A stretch of DNA of 64,000 bases from positions 320,001 through 384,000 of the forward strand of contig OZ244650.1 of NCBI GenBank assembly GCA_965218785.1, read 5' to 3'. The stretch is from Nitrosopumilus sp. GTDB taxonomy: Archaea; Thermoproteota; Nitrososphaeria; Nitrososphaerales; Nitrosopumilaceae. Below are positions 1 through 11,011 of the stretch, piece after piece. Under the pieces are notes generated by a model. The model was not told the origin of the DNA, did not search any database, and worked only from the letters and a program-made list of their open reading frames with translations. Both the position numbers and the translations under genes were made by a program. Numbering within the stretch: the first letter of the stretch is position 1; the number at the start of each line of letters is the position of its first letter.

Positions 1-207
1 GGTCAAAGTGGGACTAAACTCACAACTTTTTCCTTTTCATTTTATTAGTCTGGCTTAGAGTATTCTAAGCTATAGTTTTCATTTTGCAAAAACCAAACAA
101 TACAAAGTTTGTATTTAAGCTAATTCTATATTTGATAAAAAAATATTGCACATCTTGTAATCTTTTGTAACTTATGTCCACATTAAGTAAATTCCAAAGT
201 CTCAAGA

Positions 208-1068
208 ATGAGGCAACAGTGCAGTCAGTTACTTGCGACTCCAAAACCATTTGTAAAGTGGGCCGGAGGCAAAAGACAACTGATTCCAATTTTAAATGAA
301 AATCTGCCTAAAACCTTTGGAACATATTATGAGCCGTTCTTGGGGGGCGGCGCACTTTTATTTCATATTCTCACCGAGCGAGCCGGATCAAAATGCAGCA
401 TCTCTGATCTAAACTCTGATTTGGTATTGGCCTATACTACCATCCGAAACAGAATTGATGAATTAATCCGTTCTCTAAAGGTCCATGAAAGAAACTATCA
501 AAAGAATTCAAAATCTTACTACTATTCTGTTAGGGATGGCAATCCTAGAAGCGAGATTGAAAAGATATCCAGACTGCTCTTTTTGAACAGGACGTGCTTT
601 AATGGATTGTACCGTGTTAACAGCAAGGGAAAATTCAACGTCCCTCTTGGAAAATACACAAATCCAAATATCGTCAACGAAGAGAACCTTCGCTCTGTTA
701 GTGGCATTTTACAATCAAGATGTGTCTCAATAAAATGCCGTGATTTTGAGGCGGTTTTATGCGATGCCAAAAAAGGAGATCTTGTATACTTTGATCCTCC
801 ATATCAGCCAGTTAGCCAGACTGCCAACTTTACCAGTTATACAAACAAGGATTTTACATATGATGATTTGAGTAGGCTTGCAGAGCTATGTACGAAACTA
901 GACTCTAAAGGATGCAAGGTTTTGTTATCCAATTCAGACTCTAAAACAGTCTCAGATATGTTTGAAAAGAGGCCGTGGAAAATAAACAAGATTCAGGCCA
1001 ACCGCTCAATTAACTCCAACCCTAAGAAGAGAACTGGACACTTTGAACTATTGATTAAAAATTATTAA
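208..1068 (+). CDS. dam: Dam-family (D12 class) N6-adenine DNA methyltransferase
   Basis: KWAGGK, YYEPFLGGGA, FNGLYRVN and DPPY motifs typical of Dam-family enzymes; recognition site not determinable from sequence. Confidence 0.9.
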   Translation: MRQQCSQLLATPKPFVKWAGGKRQLIPILNENLPKTFGTYYEPFLGGGALLFHILTERAGSKCSISDLNSDLVLAYTTIRNRIDELIRSLKVHERNYQKNSKSYYYSVRDGNPRSEIEKISRLLFLNRTCFNGLYRVNSKGKFNVPLGKYTNPNIVNEENLRSVSGILQSRCVSIKCRDFEAVLCDAKKGDLVYFDPPYQPVSQTANFTSYTNKDFTYDDLSRLAELCTKLDSKGCKVLLSNSDSKTVSDMFEKRPWKINKIQANRSINSNPKKRTGHFELLIKNY

Positions 1069-1072
1069 AAAA

Positions 1073-1146
1073 AGCTTCGAACGGGATCTGAACCCGTGAC
1101 CTTTACATTACCAATGTAACGCTCTACCAGACTGAGCTACCGAAGC
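1073..1146 (-). tRNA. tRNA-Thr(GGT)
   Basis: Reverse complement folds as a cloverleaf: GCTTCGG acceptor, TTACA-TTGGTAA-TGTAA anticodon arm, GGTTCAGATCC T arm. Confidence 0.95.
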
Positions 1147-1654
1147 ATGATTTTCCCCCGTGGAAAATCCTTATAATTCTTCATTCTTGTCCAAAATTCT
1201 CTAAACTGAATAAAATTCGACTCTTAACCTTTTAGTAGTGCAGCATACATGAGAATACCCGAGGCAGGCAGCTGATCTTACTCCTGAGGAGATCAAAGAC
1301 ATTGATGAGTTTTATGCCCCGGATGATGACAAGTAATTCTCCATATCGTTGCAAGCACTCTTGCCCTGCCTGTATTTTCCAAGACGTGAAGGATTTTCAG
1401 TTTTGCAGCTTTCTGCTGTAAACGGCTTTCCTGAATGAGGGATCAAGGTTTTTGCAATGCTTGGGAAATTGTCTTTCTTGTGGCATTTTAGATCTCACTT
1501 GAGATTCTACCTTGGGCTCGGATTCGTCAAAAGACAGTTTTACTGTCTTGATAATTTGCAATCTCAACTGTTCCTTTTCTTCTCCCTAGCACCAAGACTC
1601 GTATGGTGTCTGGCTATCAGAAGATATTTTTAGTTTGCTGGTTGGTTAAAGCAT

Positions 1655-2005
1655 ATGATAAAGTACTTTGTGCTTTTGTTGATTTTAATTGGGATTGTAG
1701 GTGTAACCATTCCTAGTGTTTCAGCACTGTGTGCGGCAGGAACACTTGAATGGTGGGAATCATGTAATGATACTTCTGCTGTATACTACTGCAATGGACA
1801 GTGGGAAGAATGTGATTTAATTAATAATACCAAACTGAACATCATCATCCTAGTCGCTATTGCAGTAGCTGAGATTTTGGTATTTATTGTTTGGAGGAAG
1901 AAAATGAAAAAGAGACACTATATTATCATGTCATTAGTTGGAATAACTGCATTATCTGTAATTGGATTATTATCTGTAACTAATTTTTGTCCTTGCTGGT
2001 TTTGA
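1655..2005 (+). CDS. Small Cys-containing membrane protein (possibly a fusion or remnant)
   Basis: Signal-like N-terminus and two further hydrophobic segments; internal MKKRHY looks like a second gene start. Confidence 0.45.
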   Translation: MIKYFVLLLILIGIVGVTIPSVSALCAAGTLEWWESCNDTSAVYYCNGQWEECDLINNTKLNIIILVAIAVAEILVFIVWRKKMKKRHYIIMSLVGITALSVIGLLSVTNFCPCWF

Positions 2006-2201
2006 TAAATATCTTTGAATTGATTTATTGCCCGTCTGTTATTTCTTTATGAATTCGGAAAATAATATCTGAATACCGCTGATGCTGCTTGATCCATCCT
2101 GCCATGAATAGTTTACAAAATGACCTGTTTTAGTACAAGTTGATCAAGACCAAAAATATCTCATCTAAACTGTTAAATTTCACACATACTTTTACTCTTT
2201 T

Positions 2202-2321
2202 GGAGGAGTAATCAAGCCTGGCCAAAGTAAGCACTATGCTTTTGGACATGCAGGACTTAAGATCAAATAATGGGTGATCCTGTCTTTCAGGAGTTCGTGG
2301 GTTCAAATCCCACCTCCTCCA
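2202..2321 (+). tRNA. tRNA-Leu(TAA) with two introns (2228-2247 in the D arm; 2262-2276 at canonical 37/38)
   Basis: GGAGGAG/CTCCTCC acceptor, GTTCAAATC T loop, long variable arm; removing both inserts restores ATC/GAT D stem and CAGGA-CTTAAGA-TCCTG anticodon arm; BHB-like CCAA/TTGG helix. Confidence 0.9.
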
Positions 2322-2327
2322 TAACGA

Positions 2328-2714
2328 CTATCTTGAATGTCTGATTCCCTTAGCGTTTAGAACCTCGTATACATCTGGCAGTGAGAACACAAAGCCAATA
2401 TGTACACAGTCTTTTTCATCACAAAGCTGGCAGAACAATTCTCCTTTCTGAACTGCAACCTCGGCAATTCTGTTTTTGATATTATCCTTTAGTATTACAC
2501 GATCATCATCAACAGATATCTTTTCAATCTTTGGAGCATATCTTGCAAAGGTCTTGTCCTTTTGCATCATCTCCTCTAACATGTAAGTAACATAACCTGA
2601 AAAACTGTTGACACCTTTCATTGCCAAGTCGTTTTTACTCTTTTGGAAAACTTCCTGGAATTTGTCATAAACAGTCTCTGATACTGTGATTGATTTGAAT
2701 CCGGCTTTTGGCAA
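2328..2714 (-). CDS. Hypothetical protein, RHH/antitoxin-like N-terminus and Cys/His-rich C-terminus
   Basis: KSITVSETVYDKF ribbon-helix-like start; CQLC-x3-CVH motif; TTG start. Confidence 0.75.
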   Translation of the reverse strand: MPKAGFKSITVSETVYDKFQEVFQKSKNDLAMKGVNSFSGYVTYMLEEMMQKDKTFARYAPKIEKISVDDDRVILKDNIKNRIAEVAVQKGELFCQLCDEKDCVHIGFVFSLPDVYEVLNAKGIRHSR

Positions 2715-2728
2715 TTTACTTTTCCTTA

Positions 2729-2746
2729 CCGTACAATAAAGTACGG
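2729..2746. promoter_or_regulatory. Inverted repeat CCGTAC-N6-GTACGG, candidate operator
   Basis: Perfect 6-bp arms between a TATA-like box (2750-2756, minus strand) and the start at 2714. Confidence 0.45.
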
Positions 2747-3325
2747 AAGTATATAATGTTTTAATTAAGGTCTGCTGGGTTATTGTGATATATGGTGGAA
2801 TGGAATCTTCCTAATTAAAATTCTAAAACGTGGTTTGTCTTGGTCATTTTGATATTTTTCAGGCAAAAGTATTTTATCGTGATTTGAAACGAATGGTTTT
2901 TTCTCATACAATCCACCTCCTGTTATGTATGCTGTCTTGTTCTCTGGCATTGAATCAGGATCATCATGGCTGCAGAGAAGATGATTCTGGATTTGCAGAT
3001 TATGAAACTGATTAAACCTCGTGGAACTAATTTTGAAATCAACTATTACATCAGGGGAAGAACCCTGACTTGACGCCTGACCGTAGTTAATAAAATAACT
3101 TTGATTGGTTCTCGTCGCAGATTATTCAAACCTGCAATAGATGCGTCATTTACCGGTATGGTTTTTGCTGCTCATGATTGATTTACATATTTTGGAGAAA
3201 TTCTCCGATGTATGGGACACTCCAAAATCTGACGTTGAAAGTATTTCTAAAACCCTGAATGCTGTTATTTTTGGTGAAATTCAAATTTCATCAAACGCTA
3301 TAAACTAAACTCACGTAGAACTTGC

Positions 3326-5332
3326 ATGAAATCCTTCAAAAATGATGATTCATCCCGTAGTATGCCAGAAAATCATACTAGTAGTAGTACGGTAAATAAC
3401 AATTCTAAAAAAATAATCGCTGCAGTACTAATTACAGCAGTCTTGGTCGTAAGTGTAACATCAATTTCATTTGCAGATCATCTTTCATTACTACAGCAAA
3501 TTCAAAATGGGATTCCTACTGAAGATTTACAATGTAAAGAAAATCATGTTTTGGTTCTCAAAAATGATGGAAATCCTGCATGTGTGGATGAGGATGATGT
3601 CTTTAGATTGTTGCAAACCGGATGGGCTACAAAGGTAATTCCTCAAAAAAACAATCAGCCCCATATTGAAAACATGGTTGATACATGGTATTCTCAACAT
3701 TCTGCTGTTCCTGAGGAATCCGCACCCGCATATGCACCCGCACCACCGGCAGATTCCTCGATAGTTTATGACTCCGAACCTACTGCTATGCGTTCGGCCC
3801 CGGAGGTGGCTTACACGGATTCTGGGAATATTGGATTTGCAGTAGGCGGAGCCCAGGATATCAATAATTTTAGGGAAAACATTGAAAATGATTTCCTGCC
3901 CCTGCACACTGATATCACACATGAGGGATTATTCTATGACTATTTTTTTGACACTGGAAAATCCCAGGAATGTAAAAAATTATTTTGTCCTTCATACAGC
4001 TATGCAATTTCTGAAGATCCCTTCTCAAAAAATGACGATTATTACCTTTCAGTTGGATTGAATTCTGGAATTAAAGAATCTGATTTTCAACGAAAGAAAT
4101 TGAATCTAGTCATCGTGCTGGATGTTTCTGGTTCAATGAGTTCCCAGTTCAATACGTACCACTATGATAATTCTTGGTATTACTCTAACATGGATGATAA
4201 AAAATCTAAAATGCAACTTGCAAACGAGTCTGTTGTGGGTCTGCTTGATCATCTAACAGATGATGATAATTTTGGTGTAGTTCTATTTGATGATCACGCA
4301 CAAGTTGCAAAGCCGCTAGAAAACATGGGATTTACTGACAAAAAAAGACTTGCAGAAAATATTTTGCAGATACATCCTGTAGGTGGAACAAATATGGAAT
4401 CAGGAATGGTTCTTGGCACTTCCTTATTTGATGAATTTGAAGATATCAATTCTGATGAATATGAAAACAGAATCATCTTTCTGACTGATGCAATGCCAAA
4501 CCTTGGGAACACTTCGGATTCTGGATTGCTGGGAATGATAACTAACAATGCAAAAGAGAGAATCTACACCACATTTATCGGGATTGGAGTTGATTTTAAC
4601 ACCGAACTTGCAGAAAAACTAACTAAAGCAAAGGGATCAAACTATTATTCTGTTCATTCTGCATCCGAATTCAAAAATAGGATGGTTGATGAGTTTGAAT
4701 TTATGGTGACTCCCTTGGTTTTTAATTTGCTTTTGAGTCTTGATGCAGAAGGATATGATATCAAAAAAGTCTACGGTTCCCCAGAAGCTGATGAATCTAC
4801 AGGACAGATCATGAAGGTAAACACGCTATTTCCATCAAAAACAAAAGGCGGTGAGATCAAGGGTGGCATTGTCTTACTAAAACTGGAAAAAACATCTGAG
4901 GATGCAAAACTTGTCCTAAAAACCAGTTATGAAGACAGAAATGGCCAACTTGACGGTGATCAAGTTGTCATTAGAATTGATGATCAAGAATCAAACCATT
5001 ATGATAATTCTGGAATTCAAAAGGGCGTGCTGTTATCACGATATGCAGAACTAATGAAGACCTGGGTTTTTGATGAAAGAAGTTCACTCTATGATGATAG
5101 AGCCATCATGGAGCCTTCTTTCTTTTACGACCAAGGATTACATGTACCTCAATATGTAGAGACAAAATCATTAGGTCCGTGGGAGAGGGCGTCTTCCCCG
5201 TTACAGGTCTCTGATGAATATGAAAAACTGTTCATGGAGTTTAATGAATACTTTTACCGTGAAATGAAGTCAATTGGAGATGATTCCCTGGAACAGGAAA
5301 TTAAAATCCTAAACAAGCTTGAGAATTATTAA
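3326..5332 (+). CDS. Membrane-anchored/secreted von Willebrand factor A domain protein
   Basis: N-terminal TM helix; MIDAS DVSGSMS, GGTNM and FLTD motifs. Confidence 0.88.
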   Translation: MKSFKNDDSSRSMPENHTSSSTVNNNSKKIIAAVLITAVLVVSVTSISFADHLSLLQQIQNGIPTEDLQCKENHVLVLKNDGNPACVDEDDVFRLLQTGWATKVIPQKNNQPHIENMVDTWYSQHSAVPEESAPAYAPAPPADSSIVYDSEPTAMRSAPEVAYTDSGNIGFAVGGAQDINNFRENIENDFLPLHTDITHEGLFYDYFFDTGKSQECKKLFCPSYSYAISEDPFSKNDDYYLSVGLNSGIKESDFQRKKLNLVIVLDVSGSMSSQFNTYHYDNSWYYSNMDDKKSKMQLANESVVGLLDHLTDDDNFGVVLFDDHAQVAKPLENMGFTDKKRLAENILQIHPVGGTNMESGMVLGTSLFDEFEDINSDEYENRIIFLTDAMPNLGNTSDSGLLGMITNNAKERIYTTFIGIGVDFNTELAEKLTKAKGSNYYSVHSASEFKNRMVDEFEFMVTPLVFNLLLSLDAEGYDIKKVYGSPEADESTGQIMKVNTLFPSKTKGGEIKGGIVLLKLEKTSEDAKLVLKTSYEDRNGQLDGDQVVIRIDDQESNHYDNSGIQKGVLLSRYAELMKTWVFDERSSLYDDRAIMEPSFFYDQGLHVPQYVETKSLGPWERASSPLQVSDEYEKLFMEFNEYFYREMKSIGDDSLEQEIKILNKLENY

Positions 5333-5580
5333 TGAAAAATAAAAAAATGCCAACTAGGAGAATTATTTCATTTTACTCTTGGCAACCAGTGCCAGATGAT
5401 TATGATATGCTTGTATGAAACAGGGATTGGGAGTTAATTTCCATCAGCGTCATTTAACAGATTGCTAAATTAATGACATAAATGATCAAGAAATCACCTG
5501 TGTCTTTTTAGAAATCATGCTTAATTCAAGACCTTATGTCGATTCATACAATTGATATTCAGTAGATCCTCAGATTGAGC

Positions 5581-6165
5581 CTAAGAGATTATCTTTAACG
5601 GATCAGTGTTTGCAATTTCATTAATTGTGACATACATGTGAAATTCATCACCTTCGGTTTTGACTGAAAAATTATCAATTACAGAGCAATACTTTTTGTT
5701 ATTTTCAGAATCTTCCAAGTCACTAGTTGCAAGCAAACCATGAGAGATCAGATATGAGATATTTTCAGATACGATGCCAAGCCCGATACTGGTCCTAGAT
5801 GCAATCTCCCATATGGTCAGCGGATAGTCAAATGCAATATCCAAAATTTGTTTTTTAATAGAGTCATCAAAAGAAGTAAGAATTGCATTTTTTAGCGAGT
5901 CATCTTTTATTTCCACAACATGCTCTGATTTTGATTCAAGAGAGCAGATGGACTCTAGAGTTTTTTTGATTAGTGGGGTCCCATCATCACCTAGAACCTG
6001 GCCCGTGATTGATTGGAATTTTTCAAAATCTTTGATTGAAGATAGTAACGTCATGTGGTACTGTTCAAAAAGAGAGTTTTTAATTTTTGTAATTTCTACA
6101 TCGCCTACAACATCTGAGAACTTTTTTTCAAAAGAGGTGGCAAGGAGAGTCTCCATCGAAGTCAT
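5581..6165 (-). CDS. Winged-HTH domain protein (putative regulator)
   Basis: ILDIA..PLTIWEIA..ISYLISHGLL wHTH pattern; overlaps upstream gene by 4 nt. Confidence 0.65.
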   Translation of the reverse strand: MTSMETLLATSFEKKFSDVVGDVEITKIKNSLFEQYHMTLLSSIKDFEKFQSITGQVLGDDGTPLIKKTLESICSLESKSEHVVEIKDDSLKNAILTSFDDSIKKQILDIAFDYPLTIWEIASRTSIGLGIVSENISYLISHGLLATSDLEDSENNKKYCSVIDNFSVKTEGDEFHMYVTINEIANTDPLKIIS

Positions 6166-6674
6166 GGATAAATTGGCTCTCCTATTGGAAGTTTTGGCAA
6201 ACGCGACAAGTTTACCTGAAGTCGTATCTGACTTATTTTTGTAGAAACGCTAAACTCGGCCTTTGAGATTATTTTGTCATATAATCGTACACGTTTTGTA
6301 GATTTTGTGTATCCTACTGGCAAAATAAAACCATCTTGCAACAACTCGTTGAACTTTCTATAAGCTGAGGACTGGGACGCACCACACTGATTCAACAACT
6401 CATCTTTTGAAATGGGGCTGTCTATGAGCAAAAGAATCTGGCGCTTTACTGGATCAGAATAGATTCCAATAATTTTTTCAGCCAGGTTGTGTTCGTGAAG
6501 TTCAATCCAAAGTGCATAATCATGATCTTTGAGTATCGACAATGCGGCCTTTACAGTGGATTCCTGAAACTTGTTCTTACAAGCAAGCATAGTTCGTTGA
6601 CCTGGCTCAAGATGATTATTGGCATTTCTTATTGTATCCATGCACAATAGTTGCGAGAACTTGTTTGGCATCAA
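6162..6674 (-). CDS. ArsR-like winged-HTH regulator
   Basis: DPVKRQIL..SQSSAYRKFNELLQDGFI pattern. Confidence 0.7.
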   Translation of the reverse strand: MMPNKFSQLLCMDTIRNANNHLEPGQRTMLACKNKFQESTVKAALSILKDHDYALWIELHEHNLAEKIIGIYSDPVKRQILLLIDSPISKDELLNQCGASQSSAYRKFNELLQDGFILPVGYTKSTKRVRLYDKIISKAEFSVSTKISQIRLQVNLSRLPKLPIGEPIYP

Positions 6675-6778
6675 GTATAATACGTTAAAATCCTACTTAA
6701 GAGATACTATTTTTCTTTTTTCTGGGAAAATTTTTTTTCTTTAAATAACAGATAAAATCTAGGCGTAAAAAAGGGGAT

Positions 6779-7078
6779 TTATCCCCGTCCGATTGCGGCA
6801 TATCTTCCTTTTTTGCCCCTGATGAAAAGCATTGCAGCTATTCCTCCAAAGATGCCTCCTGAAAGGATGGATGCTCCAAGTACGCCATCTGCGGCAAAGT
6901 ACGGGGTGCCAGATCCTATGGCTCCATCCTCTATTGCAATTTCTACCTTGTTTTTTGCATCCTCCATTCCCTGGTACAGTCCCTTATCTGGAACATCATA
7001 TTGTGCAAATGAGGGCTGTACAAAAGTTGCCATCAGCGCTGCAAGAAACAGTCCAGATAGGATTGTGTATTTTCGCAT
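6779..7078 (-). CDS. Small exported/membrane protein
   Basis: Signal peptide (MRKYT..PSFAQ) and C-terminal Gly-rich TM with basic tail; start moved to ATG 7078. Confidence 0.7.
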   Translation of the reverse strand: MRKYTILSGLFLAALMATFVQPSFAQYDVPDKGLYQGMEDAKNKVEIAIEDGAIGSGTPYFAADGVLGASILSGGIFGGIAAMLFIRGKKGRYAAIGRG

Positions 7079-7176
7079 GATGAGGTATTGTTGAATTGAT
7101 ATAAAAAAACACAATCATTTTCCCAAAGAAAATAATTTCCCATTCCTGTTTTATAGAATAATACCACATACAAGAC

Positions 7177-8292
7177 ATGGCAACAAAATATTTTGCACCA
7201 GTTATCATCATCATGACAGTAATGACTGCCTTTCTCATACCTGCAGCAGCCCATGCAGTCCAGCTAAATGCTGCAATCCCGGAGGGTTCTGAGGAATTTG
7301 TGCCAACTTTTTCATTTACAAGAATCATATCAATACAGTACTCGGAGTCCAGTAAACTGGCAGAATTATTTGGCAAGACTCAACAAGAAATAATCTTTGA
7401 TATTAATTCTCAAAATGGAAAACTTTTGATGGAGAAAATAAACTCTTCATTACAGGAAAGATCATTTGTCAAGGTAACTGATATTTCAGGAGAGTATTCA
7501 GTTGTGATTACACCGCAAAAAGAATCGGCATCAATCGAGTACAAAATAATACTGCGTCCAACCATGCAAGGTCACTTTATTTCTGACTTTGTGCTTGATT
7601 CACAATGGAGGGGATTTGAAATTGATGGGGAACTTCCAGTAGAGACCCAATACGGTACATATGATGTAAATTCCCCAATCTCTGCATTTATCAAAATGCC
7701 TGCAATCTCTAAATACGTATCAGGGTCAGATGCAATGGCTCTTTTAGAGATGAAGCTGCTAGATGCCACGGGTCTTTTGAAATTGTCCCTCTCAAAATGG
7801 GAATCAATGTTTGATCCTACAACAAAGATGGTTGAGACTGCCGGATTTGGGTTCTCAGGTGTGGTAATAACAAACTATTCCATGGGAATTTGTACGGTAT
7901 ACCTGGGAGTCTGCCAAGACAGAGACTATACAAAATCATTTGAGATTGACGGAGAGGAGTATACCATGCGCTCCATAGAGTCCCAAGATGATGGAACCAT
8001 AATAATGGAGGGATACGTGCAAGAAAGCTCACTTGGACGAGTAGAGAGGTTTCTAGTTACAGATAATGCATCATCAAATGTAGATGAAAATGATGCTCAG
8101 GCCTCTGTATTGTATGCAGTATCAGGGGTAGGAGTGGCCATTGCCGCGTGTTTCTTTGTATGGAGTGACAAAAAGACCAAAAAGACATCTAGTGAGCAAA
8201 CGGGAATCGACCCTAAAGATTTGTATGCCACTGCAATTGGAAGTTCTGCTGGAAGTTATCAAACAAACCGTGGCATCTCACACCTCAGATAG
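7177..8292 (+). CDS. Exported protein with C-terminal membrane anchor
   Basis: Signal peptide ending AAHA; TM helix near C-terminus. Confidence 0.75.
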   Translation: MATKYFAPVIIIMTVMTAFLIPAAAHAVQLNAAIPEGSEEFVPTFSFTRIISIQYSESSKLAELFGKTQQEIIFDINSQNGKLLMEKINSSLQERSFVKVTDISGEYSVVITPQKESASIEYKIILRPTMQGHFISDFVLDSQWRGFEIDGELPVETQYGTYDVNSPISAFIKMPAISKYVSGSDAMALLEMKLLDATGLLKLSLSKWESMFDPTTKMVETAGFGFSGVVITNYSMGICTVYLGVCQDRDYTKSFEIDGEEYTMRSIESQDDGTIIMEGYVQESSLGRVERFLVTDNASSNVDENDAQASVLYAVSGVGVAIAACFFVWSDKKTKKTSSEQTGIDPKDLYATAIGSSAGSYQTNRGISHLR

Positions 8293-8475
8293 TTAGTTCA
8301 CCTGAATCTGCCACCATCGGGTGTTTTTGTTAAACCTGGATAACTCTGCTGCATAACCCCTGTATCATCTGTTGGAAACTGCAGTCAGATTCAGCGTTAC
8401 CTGGGATCATACACAACAGATTTTGTAATTTATTGGTCTTTACCGCCAAAGAATATAAGGAAATAATTCCGGATA

Positions 8476-10878
8476 ATGACAAGCTTGTCTTTTTTGGGTA
8501 TGTTGCCATCATCTGTTAATCGCAGACTGTTGTTTTTTGGCATCTTTCTTGCCTCGTTATCCGGACTGGTCTTGGAGATTGCCATTACTCGAATCTTCTC
8601 TGCTGCCATATGGTATCATTTTGCATTTGTTGCAGTATCTGTTGCGCTGGTAGGACTGGGCTCCTCCGGACTGCTGGTGCACTATTACAAACTAAAAAAG
8701 ATCAAAGAAAACTGGGCAGACGATCTTACTATTGCATCATCAATTGGCATCATAGTTGTCTTACCACTGATACTTTATGTGATGCATTCTCTTGCCTCAC
8801 AAGTCGTTTATCTGCCCCTTTTCATGTTCCTTTTTACAATTCCGTTCTTTTTTATAGGAATTATAATTTCCGCGGCATTTAGCGCGTTTGCAAATATTGC
8901 AGGAAGGCTGTATGCTGCGGATTTGATAGGGGCCTCCCTGGGTGCCATCGCAGTGGTATTTCTTTTACGATTGCTAGGTGGCGAGGGTACCACCCTAGTT
9001 GTCGGACTGATGGCGGCAATCTGTGCGACCATCTTCTCAATCATGTCTAAAAATAACAAGAAAATTTTCCTGTCTCTGGCATTTGTTGTGCTTGCATCAT
9101 CACTGATTTACATAAATGATCTGACCCAAATTTTCTCCATTCCGACAGATCCGACTGCCAACAAGGACCTGCCCATATTTCTGAGAGAAAATCCCGGCTC
9201 CCATATTGTCAAAACGGAGTGGAATTCCTTCTCAAGAATTGATATAGTCGAGGGAATCACCGGTGAGTGTACCCCTGATTTTGTTCCGAGCGGACAGAAT
9301 CCCGCACAGTGTGCACAGGAGGAACTAGTTGCAAAGATCTTCATTGACGGCGGGGCAGGCACCAACATAATTTCATGGGATGGTGATCTCAACTCTGAGC
9401 ATGACCTGACCACGTGGATGCAGTATCTTCCATTTTCAGCCAAGGAAAATCCCAAGGTGCTGATAATCGGCTCTGGCGGTGGCAGGGATGTTGTTGCCTC
9501 ACTCCTTGCCGGAAGTCAGGATGTCACTGCCGTGGAGCTGAATCCGATAATTTTTGATACTGTCAAAAGTTATGGCGATAAAGCAGGCAATCCATACACC
9601 CACCAATACGTTGATGCTTACGTGGATGAGGGACGCAGTTTTATTTCACGCTCTGATGAGAAATTTGATATTATTTACATTCCCTTTGTAGATACCTGGG
9701 CATCCGTGTCTTCGGGCGGATTGGGGGTATCTGAAAACTTTCTTTATACCATTGAGGGATTTCAGGAATACTATGATCATCTAAAGGAGGACGGCCAGAT
9801 AGTCACAGTACGCTGGCTGATTGATTCTCCAAGATTTGTAACCACATTTGCAGAGTTGATACAGCAAAACGGCTATTCCATAAATGACTTGGAGAAACAC
9901 CTTATGATTCTGAGTTCTGACTCTGTTGATACGGATCCCAGCGTAACTATGACAATTTTTTCAAAATCCGAGTTCACTGAGGATGAAATACGTTACATGT
10001 ATGACTCTGCCAATGAATACGGCTACAAACCCATTCTGATTCCCGGTCTGGTTATACTAGAGCCGTATCTGTCGTATTTGAGGGGCGAAATCCCAAACGA
10101 GGAGTTTTATCAGTTGTTTCCGACAAAAATCCATCCTGTAACTGATGACAGTCCGTTCTTTTTATCATTTGAAAAGCCGATCCCTCCAATTGTTCTGGTT
10201 TTAACTTATGCAGGTCTGATCATTGCAGCATCATTTGTGTTAATACCGCTGATCTGGCTAAGAAAAGAGATTTCCAAAAAAACAGATCTGCAGACCTGGA
10301 GTATCGTCTTGTATTTTTCCTCGTTAGGAATGGGATTTATTTTGATAGAGCTCTCGCTTTTACAGAAATTTATCTTGTTGTTGGGAAATCCTACCACCAC
10401 TTTTGCCATACTGCTTTTTACAATTCTTGTGGCAGGAGGTATTGGAAGCCAGATTAGCACCCGTCTAATCCGGCATAACACCAGAAATCTGTTGTTTGTC
10501 ATATCAGGAATAATCCTGCTGGGTGCGGTTTTTGTGATCTTACTGCCTGAAATCATCTATTCTGTGATTGCAGAACCCTTTGAGATCAAGGCAGTAATTA
10601 GCGTCGCTGTTCTCTTCCCAGTCGGGTTACTGATGGGCATGCCGTTACCCACCATTATGAGGTTGTTAAAATCCCACAAGCCCACACATATACCGTGGAT
10701 GTGGGCCATCAACGGTTCGTTTTCTGTTCTTGGGGCGGTCCTATCAGTGGCAATAAGTATTGCGTATGGCACCTCCAACGCAATGATTTTGGGAATTTTA
10801 ATTTACTTTGTGGCATTATGCGTCGTATTCATGTGGACCAGACGATCATTGGAATTTGTAGGTACAACCCAAGGCTGA
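8476..10878 (+). CDS. Multi-TM protein fused to spermidine-synthase-like SAM-binding domain
   Basis: N- and C-terminal TM bundles around VLIIGSGGG, VELNP, DEGRSF motifs; start may be ATG 8500. Confidence 0.85.
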   Translation: MTSLSFLGMLPSSVNRRLLFFGIFLASLSGLVLEIAITRIFSAAIWYHFAFVAVSVALVGLGSSGLLVHYYKLKKIKENWADDLTIASSIGIIVVLPLILYVMHSLASQVVYLPLFMFLFTIPFFFIGIIISAAFSAFANIAGRLYAADLIGASLGAIAVVFLLRLLGGEGTTLVVGLMAAICATIFSIMSKNNKKIFLSLAFVVLASSLIYINDLTQIFSIPTDPTANKDLPIFLRENPGSHIVKTEWNSFSRIDIVEGITGECTPDFVPSGQNPAQCAQEELVAKIFIDGGAGTNIISWDGDLNSEHDLTTWMQYLPFSAKENPKVLIIGSGGGRDVVASLLAGSQDVTAVELNPIIFDTVKSYGDKAGNPYTHQYVDAYVDEGRSFISRSDEKFDIIYIPFVDTWASVSSGGLGVSENFLYTIEGFQEYYDHLKEDGQIVTVRWLIDSPRFVTTFAELIQQNGYSINDLEKHLMILSSDSVDTDPSVTMTIFSKSEFTEDEIRYMYDSANEYGYKPILIPGLVILEPYLSYLRGEIPNEEFYQLFPTKIHPVTDDSPFFLSFEKPIPPIVLVLTYAGLIIAASFVLIPLIWLRKEISKKTDLQTWSIVLYFSSLGMGFILIELSLLQKFILLLGNPTTTFAILLFTILVAGGIGSQISTRLIRHNTRNLLFVISGIILLGAVFVILLPEIIYSVIAEPFEIKAVISVAVLFPVGLLMGMPLPTIMRLLKSHKPTHIPWMWAINGSFSVLGAVLSVAISIAYGTSNAMILGILIYFVALCVVFMWTRRSLEFVGTTQG

Positions 10879-11011
10879 TTGAACGTACCGTATCTGGCAT
10901 CATCTGCCTTACTGCACAGGCTCCTAATTATCTGCAAGTGTGTGATTCTGGATTGATGCCTTTTCGTATAAATGAGAATTAGTCTTTATACGATACCATA
11001 GTAAAGATGGC

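Noticed and set aside
1200-1620. Gene-like fragments after tRNA-Thr (e.g. DLTPEEIKDIDEFY)
   Set aside because: Too short and broken to assign
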